A stretch of 64,000 bases of DNA from Phoronis australis (taxonomy: Eukaryota > Animalia > Phoronida), in assembly GCA_002633005.1 (NCBI GenBank), contig NMRA01000171.1, positions 372,001-436,000 of the forward strand. Reading direction: 5' to 3'. Numbering within the stretch: the stretch's first letter is position 1; each line of letters starts with the position of its first letter. The position numbers and the translations under genes are program-made. Below are positions 12,801-26,400 of this stretch, one piece after another. The notes under the pieces are model-generated. The model saw only the letters and a list, made by a program, of their open reading frames with translations. It had not been told where the DNA came from and did not search any database.

Positions 12801-15800
12801 ATTATGTGAAGACTCAAAAGGCAAAAGGATTGAATTGTCACAGGATGGTCTCAATGAAATCAGTTTTGGTGAGGTAGGTTAGCTTTATTTCGTATGGCAC
12901 AGCTGAAATGCCACATGGCTGCAGTGCATTGTATGGCTAATCCATCTGAATATAGATAATCATGGCTGTTGTTGTAACCATTTGTGAAGTACCTAGTTCT
13001 GGGAAAGTGTAGTTTGCCATAGGCTTTTAGATTTGTAAGGTATCTATCTTTACTTACAGTGAGTGTGAATTTGTCAATACCATGGGTTGGATTTTTTCAT
13101 TCCAAACTTTTGGTCTGGCAGATTTATAACCACAGCATTTATTTTTTACATTTTATTTCAACCTTTCACAGCACATATTATTGCCTTTGTGGATTTGTTT
13201 CATGCACAAGCAGTTGGCAAAGATCTCTTTTGTACAGATTTGATGTAGAGCATAAAGTGTTTTGCTTCGCTTAAATACTAAGCAATCCTTTTCTCCATTT
13301 TAATTATCAGGTTGAGATGAATGAGACTGCCATTCGTAATCTTTACATTCTCAACTCTGGCAAGTTCAACTTTGACTTTCACTGGGAGATTGTCGAGCGT
13401 AACGCACGCGGTGTGCGCATGGTCAATATCACACCAACAGAGGGAGGTATATTGCATGGGAAACGAGAGCAGTGCACACTTAGTTTCTGTCCACCCACTA
13501 AGTGCATGTTAACAGGCTGTGAACTGAGACTGAAGGTGAGTACAGCTGGCCATTTAGTAATTAACATGGCTTGGTGGAAACAGATTGGTATTTCTTGATA
13601 AAGGATAACATTTTGTCTGTTCATATCAGATTATTTTGTTCTGGGTTCATCCAATGGAAAGTTAGGTTGACAACCAGTGTTTTGTACCATGCATCTAGTA
13701 AAAAATTCTTTCTTTGTGATTTGGCTAATGAATTAGCTGCATTTTACCAAAATGTAAAACGAATACAATCTAATGCACCTTTGATTTGATGCTAATCCTG
13801 GTTGTGTCATTTCATTTGTTCTTTGTATGAGGTGTAGACAGTGTTTTTCTCCATTGGCATGGTGAAATAGAATAAACAATCTACAAAACATTGTTAATCT
13901 TAACTTGCTCTCTGGTATCGTTCCAGATCTCCAACGGCCCCACATTCTGGATCAATGTGGTGGGCCAGGGTGTGGCCCCAGCTCTGCACTTCTCCTTCTA
14001 CCAGCACAACTTTGGCTCAGCGTTTGTTTACCGCGCAGGCCTTCCATCGCACGCTGCCTGCCTGAGAGTCACCAACAGGGATAAGAAGGATGTCAGGTAT
14101 AATATGCAAGCTATTGTAGCTGACGGGTCATAATACTTCTCCTAAAAATGAAAATGGATTTTGGTCAATATTGCACAGAGTATGGGCAGCATGTGCTTTT
14201 TTCCAACAGGGTCTTATCATTTCTGACACTGAGGCTGGCATATCTTTTAGAAGTATAATTAACATAAAGCAATATTATTATCAATTCTTTGTTTTTCCCC
14301 GACTTCAGTGGATTTCTTGTTTTTGATATATTGATCCATCTGTAGATTTCAATGTCTAACTTTAAAATACACCATTTATTTAATTGTTTTGCTTTCAAGT
14401 CATCAAATTGTAGTCGTCCAGCATGAGTGATGACTGCAGTGTTTCCCCTGGTTGAGCAGTTTGCCACTATACTACAAGCCTTGTAATTAATTGTTCTCCT
14501 TCCAGTCTGGACTGTCTGTATGTGCCCACGTCACATCTGCAGCATGACTTCCAACCTCAGGTGATAGCTGCAAACAAACACGTCGATATTAACTTCACGT
14601 TTTATCCAAGAGAGGTGACGAAGTACCATGATCTTGTCATCTTTGAGATCAACGGACTGTCACGACAGAGCATAGAGTTCTTTGGAGAAGGCACAGAGAT
14701 GAAGGTATGTTTTTACTGCTTTCTTATGTCTACAAGCTTAACGCCCAGTACCATACAGTCTGTGTCCGTTTACTCAAGACATTTTTAACAACAGTTGACA
14801 GATACATCTTTCAAGGAAAAACATCACATGACTAAAAACTCCGGGCATTGTTTGGTGTTAAAAATACTTTAATTTGTGGTCATCAAGGATTTTAAAAATA
14901 TGGAGATTGGTGGGTTGAAAAATAGGCAAGATTATGCCCCACCCTTCTGTCATGACTGGAAAAGAAGACAAGCAGCAACAAGCATACCAGTTTTATGGCT
15001 ATCGCAGTCCTCAGTTCTTTGCACATTGCGGTCGCCCCCTTCCCCCTTAAATGGTATCCTAACTCTTCTAGTGGAATACTAACTGAAAAGACATCTGAAA
15101 AAAACACCAAGTATAGACAAAATAGCCAAGAATTCTCTATCATGACAGCTTAGTGCGACTGAAGTACCCCACTATGATGAGGAAACGGTATACTGTTTGA
15201 TTACTTTTGGGATGCACTTTACAAGTCTACTCTCCTACGTCTTTATTTCGGTCATCATATTGGCTCTAAATTAGTTGTTTGTTACATTTTCTAATGGTTT
15301 TTGTAGAGTTGCTTTAGTTTATTGAGTTGCCAGTTTGTAAACTCCGTTCATTTTCTTTCATATCTAGGTTGAGGTTGCCAACCCTAAAAACAAGATGGTG
15401 AACTTTGGTGCTCTGCGAGTCGGACAGACGGTTAAGAAGGTCATTCCAATCGTGAACAACAGCTCGTCGCCAATCACGTTTCACCTGGCAGTCACACCTA
15501 CCCAGCCTCAACTTCAGTCAACGGACATACTCAGTATTATGCCTACCAAGCCCATCTCGTTAGCTGCCAAAGGTGGCGCTACTAAAGTCGAGGTCACATT
15601 TTCACCCAAGTGCAGAATTCCTCAATTCACTGAAGAGGTAATAGCTGTTGTGTTTCAATAACTTAAAATAATCCCTCTGTGTCTTTTATACCTATGCTCT
15701 GCTGTCTAACTGTCTCTTCTTTAACATCTGTTCCACTTACCTTATTCTGATGGATATGGTGCTCTACTGATAAGATGAACAAGCTCGTGAAATGTTGTTT

Positions 15801-18800
15801 AGACAAATTAATTGATAGCCGGCCTTGCTCTTTATGTCCGCTAATTATGATCACATTTCTTTACTCGCCAGCCGTATTTTCATTGTCACCCTCAACAGTT
15901 CTTTTCTCAAGTAAATGTTTCTCTCCTCATGAACCAGGAGAGTACTGCTGGCTACAACAGTCATTCAATCATGAGAAAAGAAATGTGTTAGAAAGAAAGG
16001 AATAGTGGCTTGTGTGTGAATGGAAATATAGCTTGTGGGAAACGAATTGCTTTAGTGACAAAAGAATGGTATTAGGAAGTACTCAGTCATTGCGGCTCCC
16101 GAATCAGACAGAGTAACTGTTCACGCGTCAGAACCACAAACTATTCAGTGCTCTTGACTACTTTCTTTCCATTTCTATGCGTATTCTGTGTGTATGGTTG
16201 CAGATATTGTACGATACTGTACACTATCAGTCTGTGTTGATACCAGACCTTGAGAAGACTGACACATTCGATAAACAAAACCTTAAGGTAAACATCTGTA
16301 TCATCAACCTGTCTTCAACTCTTTCTTTTGTTCTATTCTTTTCTTACTCATTAATTACATTCGTTGACACAGTAAAGAGTTGCGGGTCATAAGTCATAGG
16401 TTATAGGTTACCAGCCTACTGTTATTGCCAGGCAGGTCACGTTATTCATGACTTGTGAAGTTAGTCGTAAAGTGCTTTTAGAGTGAATAATGGAAGCCAA
16501 ACATCAAGTGGCCAATGCTTTGAATACGTTTTCTGTAGTGGGATGCGCTCATTGATAACACGTCCACTGTAGGTTATCTAATTTACACTTGCATGTCCAG
16601 CCTAGCCCAGATGAAAATTGACAGTTGTTGGAAATATGCAATTCCAAAACTCCGTTGAATTCAGTGGTTTGCATGGGCTGCAACTCCATGTCTGATCCCA
16701 GTGGTCTCCTAATTATGTCATGGACTTGTCTTTGCTTTCTTCAAAATTCTCTCCAAATTGTTTTCAAAATATTACTAAATATTTTCATTTTGAACTTTTT
16801 CCTGTGTTAAATTGTGTGTGGTTATAGTTTACAAATCATGACCTTGTGAACTTTGTGACCCTTTCTTACGTTTTGTTACATTGCGACATCAGCTTGTGTT
16901 CTATTGTGTGGAGGGATTATTGAATTGTTCACAATTTATAGTTTTTTATCAGAAAATTTCACTAGCGCCAGAGCTAGCATTATGAAAACAAAAAAATAGA
17001 CTTGTGTAAATTAATATGCATCAGGTTTTTGTGCTTTCTTCATTTTCTCCGTGAATAGCTTACTTGTCCGCATTCGTAATTCACTGTGATCCATCATTTT
17101 GTTTTAGATCATGTTGGAGTGTGCTGGCCTGTTCCAGCCATTATTCTGTGTGACTGGGTCTTGCCAGGGGATTGAGATTGTGCTTGACAATGAGTCCATT
17201 CCCTTCGGTGCAGTTGTACTGAGGAGCCAGAGTACCAGGAAGTTAGTCATGTGTAACTCTGGAGACATTGGAGCGAGGTGAGAGGGGTGTGGCTGTAAAA
17301 TTGATGTAACTTAATGGGTATTGGGGCGTGGTGAGTGACTGCTGTCTGTGAGGTAAGAGGTAGTGTAACTGTAAAGTTGATGTCATGTGACAGGTATTGT
17401 GGTGAGTCACTGTGCTGTGTTACATAAATATGATAAATAAATGTCAAATAATTATTGTTTAGTTGAAGTATGGAATTGTAAAATAGTTAAGATTTGAAAT
17501 AAAAAATATAATATTAGCAGTAGTAAACTAGTAATAAAGTAAGTTACGAGGATACTAAACCCTGTTTTAGAGAATTCACCCAACTTACTATTTCTGTTAC
17601 CCACTGAATGCACCATTGGGGATTATAGTGTTATTCAAGTGAATGAGAAATTCTGCTACATGTACCACAAACTGGATTTTGTGTTTGAAGTAGTCAGTCT
17701 TTGCTCACTGTTGCTATATTACTCACCTTAAACGTTAGTCATACTTGCATTTACAAACTAGTTCCAACCTTTGAGAATTTATTGCGTTAACAGAGCATTA
17801 TTTCATTTAAATATGAACAAGTTATGGTTGGTATCTGTTAACAGGCCAAAGAAGGGTTTTGTATCCTTTTAAGGCATTTATAAATAATTAGTAACCTGAA
17901 ACACAAAATTAATGAAGTAAGCTTTTGATCCAGTTTAGCAGTGGTGAAAGAGAGCAGTTGTGTTGCAGGGACATCGTAGTGTGGGAGGGTACAGCACAGT
18001 GAAACAGGTGTAGTGTTGTAGGGGACACTGTGGTGTGTGAAAGAGTGGTGAAACGCAAAGAAGTGGGTGTAGTGATATAGAGTACATTGGGGTGAGGGAG
18101 GGACTTTAGCACCTTGATGTGGTTTTAAGGGAAACTGGGAAAGGTGAGAGAAAGATGCGTGTCTTGAGAAAACTATTGCTGTGAAAAGTCTTCAGTTTGG
18201 GACGCAATATGGCAAACGAGTGAAATGTCATGTTGTCAAATTTGTCAAGCAGAATAAGTGTTCAGGAAAATACACTTTGCTTTTGGACAACCAGAATAAG
18301 TGTTCAGGAAAATACACTTTGCTTTTGGACAACCAGAATAAGTGTTCAGGAAAATACACTTTGCTTTTGGACAACCAGAATAAGTGTTCAGGAAAATACA
18401 CTTTGCTTTTGGCATGGTTTGTATGACGTAACTATCACCAAACAATATTTGGTTATATTCGAAGTATTTGCAACTATGTGGTAGGCCTCTGAAAATGGAA
18501 ATATGGCAGTTATAAGAATTATTTATGTCCTAAATTGAAGAATTTTTAGCGTAAGTATTAACCTTTTACAAAGCTGTTTTGTTATGAGACAAAATGCTCT
18601 TAATTTTTGCATTTAATAATTGACAGATTCCGATGGGATGTTGAGAGATTTAAGCCAGACTTCTCCATTACCCCTGTCACCGGCTACATCTCTCCTGGAA
18701 TGGAAGTTAATTTTGATGTCCTTTTCCATCCTCAAGAGCTCAGCAATGACATCAGATATGATGTGAGTAGTTGATAAATATCTTAGGTTAAGTTGTGTAA

Positions 18801-21800
18801 ATCAAAGTCTGCTTTTGTTAAATATCTCTTTAAGTCAGTTCTGATGATATTTAGCATAACTGTAAGGTGATGAACTATTGTATTAAGAAATAGTTTTGTA
18901 TTGAGCATTTTTAGTGATGTAGGTTGGTAGTATTCGGGTGGTTGATCTCCCATCTTAAGCATGTGTTTGTTGTTTGTTGTAATTACCTGAAAGATAATTG
19001 TGTCATGAAAGTGGAGGATTACATGCACTCTAATACATTCCAACCATGATCTAGCAAATGACCTTATCCCCAAATTTTACAGCATAGAAATCCATAAATA
19101 ACGCCCAACTCAAGGGTTACTCAAGTTCTTTTGTTTTGAAAGTTTTTATTTATAATTTAAACCCATATGTTCAGTGATTTCTCATACATTGTGATGTTAT
19201 GCTATTAAAATAAAAGACTTGAGATGGGATGCCAGTTGAATCCCCCATTTACACGTGCAGGGCTTGAGGTGCTTCATTGAGGGCAGTCAGCCGCTAAAGC
19301 TTGTGCTCACCGGAATGTGTGTTGGAGTACCGCCAGCACGCGAACAGCAGAACTTCACAACTCACGTGCGTAACAAAGAGGTGAAGAACATCAACATTTT
19401 GAACCGCACTAACCAGTTATGGCGCATTAAGCCTTCCATAGACGGGGAGCAGTGGTCAGGACCAGACCTTTTCGTGGTTGAGCCCCAGCAAACAAAGCCG
19501 TATGAACTGACGTATGCGCCATTAAACATGACAACACCAGATAAGAAACACCAGGTATGGCATAGCACTGCTGTCTTTTAGTATCTTTTTGACTTGGGCA
19601 TAGCTGACATAGAAACCAATCACTAGTTATGAATAGCTTTAAAGGGACCCCCCATCACGCCTTCAGGCATGGGCAAGAAGGAAAATTACATACTGTTTTT
19701 TGGACTATTATGAACGTTTGTCCTTGGGACATTCTGGTTGCCCCTCCCTGTGACGTCCTAAATGTGTCGGTGTTAGTGTCACCACACACATTGATAAGAA
19801 GCCAGTGGATAGTTTGGTTTGTCTTGATTTATTACTGGCATTAGTCTGAAGGTAGCATTTCCTTTTAATTCCAGGGCTCCATATTTTTCCCTCTCCCTGA
19901 TGGCACTGGACTTCTCTACAATCTGGTTGGCATGGCAGAAGCTCCCAAGGCAAATGGTAAAGTTGTACGTGAAGTGCCATGTAAGGTCAACTACAATGAG
20001 ATGCTGTCGGTACAGAACTGGCTCAAAAAGCCACAGAGGTGAGCAAGGGGTAGATAGTTTTCATAGGCTGAGGCAGATTTAGAGAGTTTTGGGGGGGGGG
20101 TCTGGCACCCCATGACTATTCTGGCTTGGATGTTTGTTCATACAGTAAGGGTCACAGTTTTTGTTGGGACTGATGATTCATGCAGGCACTTTCTCTTTTC
20201 TCATTAGTCATGATTTCTGTCCAGTGGCACATACACGTTTTGTTATCCGATAGCTCAACAGGATTTTACATGTTACATTTCTAGTGTTTTTTACACTGAG
20301 TTCTGAATGACTTAACACAATCTATTTTTGTCTTTAGGTTCCGGGTGAAGATAGAAGCCCAAAAATCGGACAAGTTTGAGCCAGGCACGACAGTAAAGGC
20401 TCTGGACTACATAGACGTGCCAGGCAACTCCAAGAAGGACCATAAGATCACGTTCTACGCTCACAAGGAGGGAGTCACATCTTGCAAGGTAAGCTACTTA
20501 TATCTCGTCACCAAACATGTAGACCTTTAAAAATTCATCTAACCATCAAAATTCTTCAGTACTATGTTTAAGTAGAGATAACGAGCACTGTTTTGAATGC
20601 ATTAGATATGCCACAACAGACTTGGTGTTGGTGAAAATTTACCATTGCTTGTCTAGCTAATAGGGCAATATGCTAATGTAACCCCACTGGCCCATTCAAT
20701 TCTATGATACATACCAAGATTTGTCCTAAGTTGAATTGCTGCACTTAGCTCAGTTCTGGAAATCAACTTAAGACTTAAAGATTGGTTTTGTGTTTTGTAG
20801 AGTTCCACTCACTTTCAGTCAAAAATTGTGCCTGGGTCAATTTGCATGAAATTTTGTCAAGACGACTTATATTATGGTTCATGACTGAGTGAAAGATTGT
20901 TGACGTTCCTTTTCATTGGCAATATCGGACATTAAAAATGAAGACAATGTTTTAGAAAGACTGTTTAAATGCACTGCATCTTCTTTTAGGTATATTTAGC
21001 GTTTAATTTACGAATTAAGATTCATTTTTGTTTTATGGCTTTTTTGTTCTTTTTGCTACCATAGCCGTCGTCAGTGTCCAGCTGACGTTTATAATCTTAA
21101 TACACATGCTTTGAGGTCCAAGGATATTGTTTTGGGATTTGCATTGGCTAATAATGTTTTGCCTAGGATGTGACCACCAGTTGCTTTAATACTAATAAGC
21201 AACTTAGTTGTCAAAGGTCAGTTAGATAACATATTTTGATACGTGATCTAAATTTTAAGTGTTTGGTTTCTTAAATGAAATTCTGTCTGCCATAGGTAAC
21301 ATTTGTGAATGAGCTGACAAATGAGTACCAGTTCTATGAAGTCACATTCAAGGCAGGTCGTCCAGGGGTCATCAACACCATTGAACTGTCAACACCAGTC
21401 CGACAGAGCGCCATCTATACTATAGTGCTGAAGAATCCCCTTCCCAACAGCTCGGTGACGTTTATTGCAACATGCAATGTGGCCGAGATACTCATGCCAA
21501 ACCAGCTGCAGATTCCAGCAGAGTCCGAGGTGGGTAAAGAGTGACTACATTAAATACATGCAGTAAAAAAATCAGTTTAGGGCACAATATTGTGCAAAAG
21601 TAGAATTTTCTTATGATTGAAAACCTTCGGAAGAGACCACGTGCTCCACTGACATGTCTGATCTTGTGAAACTGGCAAAAGTGAACAAGTTTTGCTAAAT
21701 ACAGCTCAGTTGTTGAGTTTGGAGGTGTTGTCAGTGTTCCATAGTGCTGGTCACGTTTTAACCCAGGTTGTCTTTTGGCTTGTACAAAGATGGGATTTAG

Positions 21801-23029
21801 CTGATGAGCTGCAGGATTTAGCTGATGAGCAGCTTAAATTTTATTTAGGTACTTAATTGCTTTCTGCGAACTAACTGCAGATATGCAAAGTTGGTTTTGC
21901 AGCACATCTGGTTGATCTCTGCCATTGCATTTTGTGTTATATTTTGCAACAATTGGCGATAATTTTTTATTCATTTGCAGGCTCCTTTCAACATTGAGTT
22001 TCTGCCACTGAAAGTTGGTGACACTAACGGACGATTGGAGTTCAACTGTAATGATCTAGGCCTGTATGCATACGACCTTCAGTTGAAAGCGACCCCTGCA
22101 GGACCAGAGAAGGCACTATACTTACGCACTTGTCTTGGTGCTAGTCATGCACAAGTTGCCAAGTTTTTGAACTTCTCAAAGTCCAAGACTGACTACGCTT
22201 GCAAGGTAAACCATAGGGAGGTTGTTACATTTGAAATGGGTCGTGCTCACCTATGGCATATCTAGGGGCACTTCAAGCGGTTTGAATCGCCCACAAGAAA
22301 TTACTACCACCATTGAGGCATAAACACCATTTTCGATCATTATTTTTTGATGGGGAAGCTGGTGGATTTAGAGTGTTTCCAGGGCGATTCGGCTACAGTT
22401 TTCAAAGGCAAAATGGTGGCAATAGTCGTAATAAGCGATCTGTTCACATACTATAGCTTACTTTCTTACCATAGGTGATGACTATGCTTTAGCTTGTTTA
22501 CACTGACAGTCCTCATGTTATTCCTTGTTACTTTCAGAGTGACAATCCTGATTTCCATGTTGAGAAGAACATCACGGCTGCCCCTGGTTCTGCTGGTGGC
22601 ACAGAGGTGGCGCTTGAGGTGGTCTATGAACCATCGCGCATCGGCGAGTCACGTGGCACCCTAACAGTTACCTCGCAGCACGGCGGTGAATATACATTTC
22701 CATTGTTTGGGACATGCATCCCACCCAAGCCACAGGGCCCGTACATGGTGCGTGCTGGGTCCACAACTTCCATCACGTTCCGTAACGTGTTTCCGCACAC
22801 AACGCCGTACGTGTTCCAAGTAGACAACCCGCTGTTCCACCTAACTAAGCCGGGGGATAACATCAGAGCCAGAAAGGACCACCGTATCGTAGTTGGATTT
22901 GACGGAAATGACAGTGGATCTAACGCAGCCGTGATGGGAAAGTTAATTGTGTCCTGTGCGAAATCAGCAGGGGGCAGCTCCAATGTTCAGTGGGTGTATT
23001 ACCTGAAAGGAGTAACCCCTGAGAAGTAG
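3844..23029 (+). CDS. HYDIN: Hydrocephalus-inducing protein homolog (axonemal central pair apparatus), 3' portion, 25 exons; 5' part lies upstream of the window
   Basis: Exons: 3844-3997, 4830-5000, 5588-5851, 6240-6473, 6862-6958, 7216-7482, 8692-9043, 9374-9577, 9859-10146, 10487-10711, 11390-11694, 12142-12289, 12666-12873, 13311-13535, 13927-14096, 14506-14704, 15368-15637, 17108-17277, 18627-18762, 19261-19554, 19875-20038, 20338-20488, 21296-21529, 21981-22205, 22538-23029 (TAG). All have AG acceptors and GT donors (one GC), and phases are consistent throughout. The translation resembles the HYDIN C-terminal ASH/Ig-like repeats as I recall them (e.g. GMFTIFPAFG, FKDTLMFQTRVY, LPYCHFELEDSDY, SIFFPLPDGTG, PPKPQGP, WVYYLKGVT). 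Confidence 0.96.
10944..11053. repeat. Local direct duplication, about 46 bp x2
   Basis: ttgtgtagatactagctgtttatgttgtatctatgatacagaaatg occurs twice. Confidence 0.85.
16204..16287 (+). CDS. HYDIN: Candidate HYDIN cassette exon (84 nt, phase 0-0), ILYDTVHYQSVLIPDLEKTDTFDKQNLK
   Basis: Pyrimidine/T-rich tract then ttgcag|ATATTG...CTTAAG|gtaaac; in frame between phase-0 exons ending at 15637 and starting at 17108. Confidence 0.4.
18250..18412. repeat. 42-bp tandem repeat, about 4 near-identical copies
   Basis: Unit CAGAATAAGTGTTCAGGAAAATACACTTTGCTTTTGGACAAC. Confidence 0.95.
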
Positions 23030-23425
23030 ACTTTGTGATAATATTCCGTCACTTTTGTATAATTTTGTTTTTGTTATTTATTTACAAAAAGGTTTCCTAT
23101 ATGTATACACCCGGATACACATTCCGTCCATATCAAGTTGGTCCAAGTGGTCACACTGTACACCGTTGCTCAAAACTGAAGACTGTGCTTGTTTCGTATA
23201 GAATGTCTAGAGACCGTTTTAAGTTTTGATATTCACTGAATTATGTGCTGAACCACTCTGATGGTATGAGCCTTACAGCAGTCTGAAGCCACTTTGAAAT
23301 ACCTTTTCTATACGTGTACACCTTAATTTTACCTAAAATGTCCCAGCTATGTGATTTGCTATATAATGGTATACCAGATATTTGTTTCTACATTGTGATT
23401 GTTTATTTTGTGTTGTGCAGTATGT

Positions 23426-23431
23426 AATAAA
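23426..23431 (+). promoter_or_regulatory. Probable HYDIN polyadenylation signal
   Basis: AATAAA about 400 nt after the stop codon, followed by GT/T-rich sequence. Confidence 0.6.
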
Positions 23432-26400
23432 GCATTCCAATGTACAGTATTTTGCAGCTTGTTTCAGTTGGGCCAAAAAGCATAATTGGTTTTGTTTGTT
23501 CTGAAAATCGAACCGGTGGTGTATTCTTAGTACTCACTTTTACAAAAAAAAAACGAAAATCTACCCAAGACAAACAAAAATGATGCAGGATTTCATCACG
23601 ACATTACAAATCTTGTTGATAATTGTTTGTGAAACCTTGGCTGAAATCGGTAGGGGCCGCTGAATTTCTTTAGTTGGTGAGCGTAGGTCTGGTGCGTTAT
23701 CAACTTGTTTGTCGAAAAAAATGGGCCCTAGTGTTGAATTATGAACTTCCAAGATGAAACTTTTGTTGGAATTCTTTTGCGGAAAAGACCCGTTTGTTTG
23801 GTGAGAAAAACTGGTAGTGAAAAGTCACCCGGCATCCAGTCTGAGCGGCATGCTCTGTGTGGCTCTTACATGTGCGGAGTAGCCCTGGTTATAATGCTTC
23901 CGTGGTCACCAGTAACGCGCTCACCTGGTTTTGTCCCGACGTAATGCATGTTGCATTCCTTTAGAATGTATCAAGGTATCTTAGGCTACTATTTCTAAAC
24001 GAGAGCGTGTAAATCATCAAAAACAGCACAGCATTAGTGCAGGAACGCGGTAATAAATGTGAAAATAATCAGACGACATACATTTTACTTAACAAAGAAT
24101 AATACAAGACGTTAGGGACAGTATTGTTCATTTTATCGGACCATACGTTCAAAGACTTTTGTCTACTTTGCTGTATTTCAGTTTGTTAATTGCATTAAAA
24201 TCACGACTTTCGAATGATGGGCAAAACTAAACCGAGAGCTGAATTTAGTTAGACCTTTATCGCACATTTCATTTCTCACGCTCGCCAGCCATGCACATTA
24301 TTTCTGATATGCTGCAGGTTTCGTGCCCGCCGGGGCAGTCCCCATTGGCTGGTCGTAAAAGCAACGTGTGGCTTTACAGTCACTTTCAGAGTGAAAAACG
24401 ACGCCTAAGTGTGTCACTTTATTAAAAACAATCGTAGGTTTGCTTTTGTAACTAAAAGTGGTGTTTGTCTGCGCTTTTTTCTTTGAAGACTGAGGCGTAG
24501 CTTTCGAAATGAGTTCGGGTATACACCAGGGTCGTGTTCTGTACGGTAGACACACGAATCTCACGAAAAACAAAAGATCACGCAAGCCTTCGCAACTGAA
24601 GCGAAGCATGAGGTCACATAAGCTTTTTCATTGACGACTTTACCAACAATCATTTAACAGATGATTTGAACAGCGAAACTTGGACAACTGTCTAAATACT
24701 GGCTCACGTATTAGCTGTAACATACATCTCCATGGCAGGTTGTTATTTTAAAACATGCATATGTATGTAATTTACTAGTTGATAACACTCCTATAAGCTT
24801 TGATTATCAAAGTCAACAATGCTCTCCTTAAGAACCTCAAGAAATACAATGCTGTTTTATTTCCTACACCTTGATTGCACCACACTTCTCCCAAAGCCGT
24901 ATGCAAATAGCATTTTCCATGACAGCGTTTTCCCGTTCAGTGACTTTACCAGACGTAGGGGGTTCTGAGCGTGCGATAACATCTAGCTTCTTTGTTAACT
25001 GCCAAGCACACTCTTTTGTCTGTTATGACAACAAGCAGGCCAATTATCTACCAGGCTTATTACAGACCACATGTGAACATAGTCAAACCCAGAGCGAATT
25101 GGTACATCCGGAAAGAATAGATTGTCGTAACTTCGGTTGCAGTTGGGCGATTTTGGCGATTCAAAAACTAAACATGATCACCATTTGACGATGATTTTAG
25201 AAAGGCTATTGGTTTATGTTCAAGTATGTTATAACTGACTTTTATTTTTTACAGCACAGTCCAGTCAGGGTAGATACGATTTTATTGCAGATTAGAGAAC
25301 AAAAGAGAGCTGGCCCTCCAACCATAAATGACAGAATGGAGTTAATCAGTCGTGTAAGATACTGGCTACAGGGGTAAACTTCCCAACTTGTTGTTGGGCT
25401 ATAGAATCGAACAAGTTGGGACTGGCAACGGGAAACGCCGTAATGTTACTTCTGAAGCCTGAATCTTTGTTGTTCTCTTTGTTGTCGTGTTGAATATTGT
25501 AGCTGTGTGTAATATGACTATAGCTTAGTTCATCTTCGCGTAGCAACTTTTACCAGTAATTCAATAACATGCTTAGACTTTAAGAGAGCGTCTTCCACTA
25601 AATGTTCTGCACGTGCTGAAACATTCTTTCACGGTTTCAGTAAGAAATTAGAAATCTTATGTTGAACAATGTTTACGTCTTTACCCCGATGAAAACCCCA
25701 TGCCGGCTGGGACAATTTTCTTGTCGAACAAAGACACCAATATATTTGCAGTTGGATCTTGAAACTACTTCGTGATAAATGTCGTTTTAGATGCTTGACC
25801 TGCTAGAGTTTTTTGTGCATTTGTTCCGACATCTTTATCAAACACCTTTAGCAGTCAATCCGAAATATTTGTGTTTTGAAGTTAACTTAATCTAAAGACG
25901 CATGAGGAGTAAACTCCATTCGATGTGACTGAATGCATACCAGTATATAGAACATGTGGATAAGGCCTGGGAAACATCGGAACGAGGGAATTTAGGGTCG
26001 AGGTGAACATCAGTTGAGGAATATAGGGACGGGGGAACAGCGATACGGACCCATTTCCAGAGACACACCCTGGTCTAAATTTCGAGGGTCAATTATCAAA
26101 GAAGTGCGGTACTTGGTATTGTTGCATATTCGGTCGAGGACATCCCTGATAGCATTTTATCGTGCCGACTGACGACACGTTATGATAACCCACTTTTGTG
26201 TAGGAGTGTGCAGTGCAGGATTATTTGAGAAGAGCTAGACCATGAATCCAGGTGGGTACTTAGTGTAATCAATAAGATTCTGGCTCCTGGAAAGCAGTGC
26301 ATTATTTTCATTCGCAATGGGTGCGTTCCACATACAAAAGCCATTCGCGATTGAATTCTCCATTGCGCACGGCTTTCATGCACACGGGGATGAGGAAGGT

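Noticed and set aside
18181-18484. Repeat-containing ORFs / CRISPR-like 42-bp repeats
   Set aside because: Head-to-tail tandem copies with no unique spacers and no cas genes; eukaryotic intron
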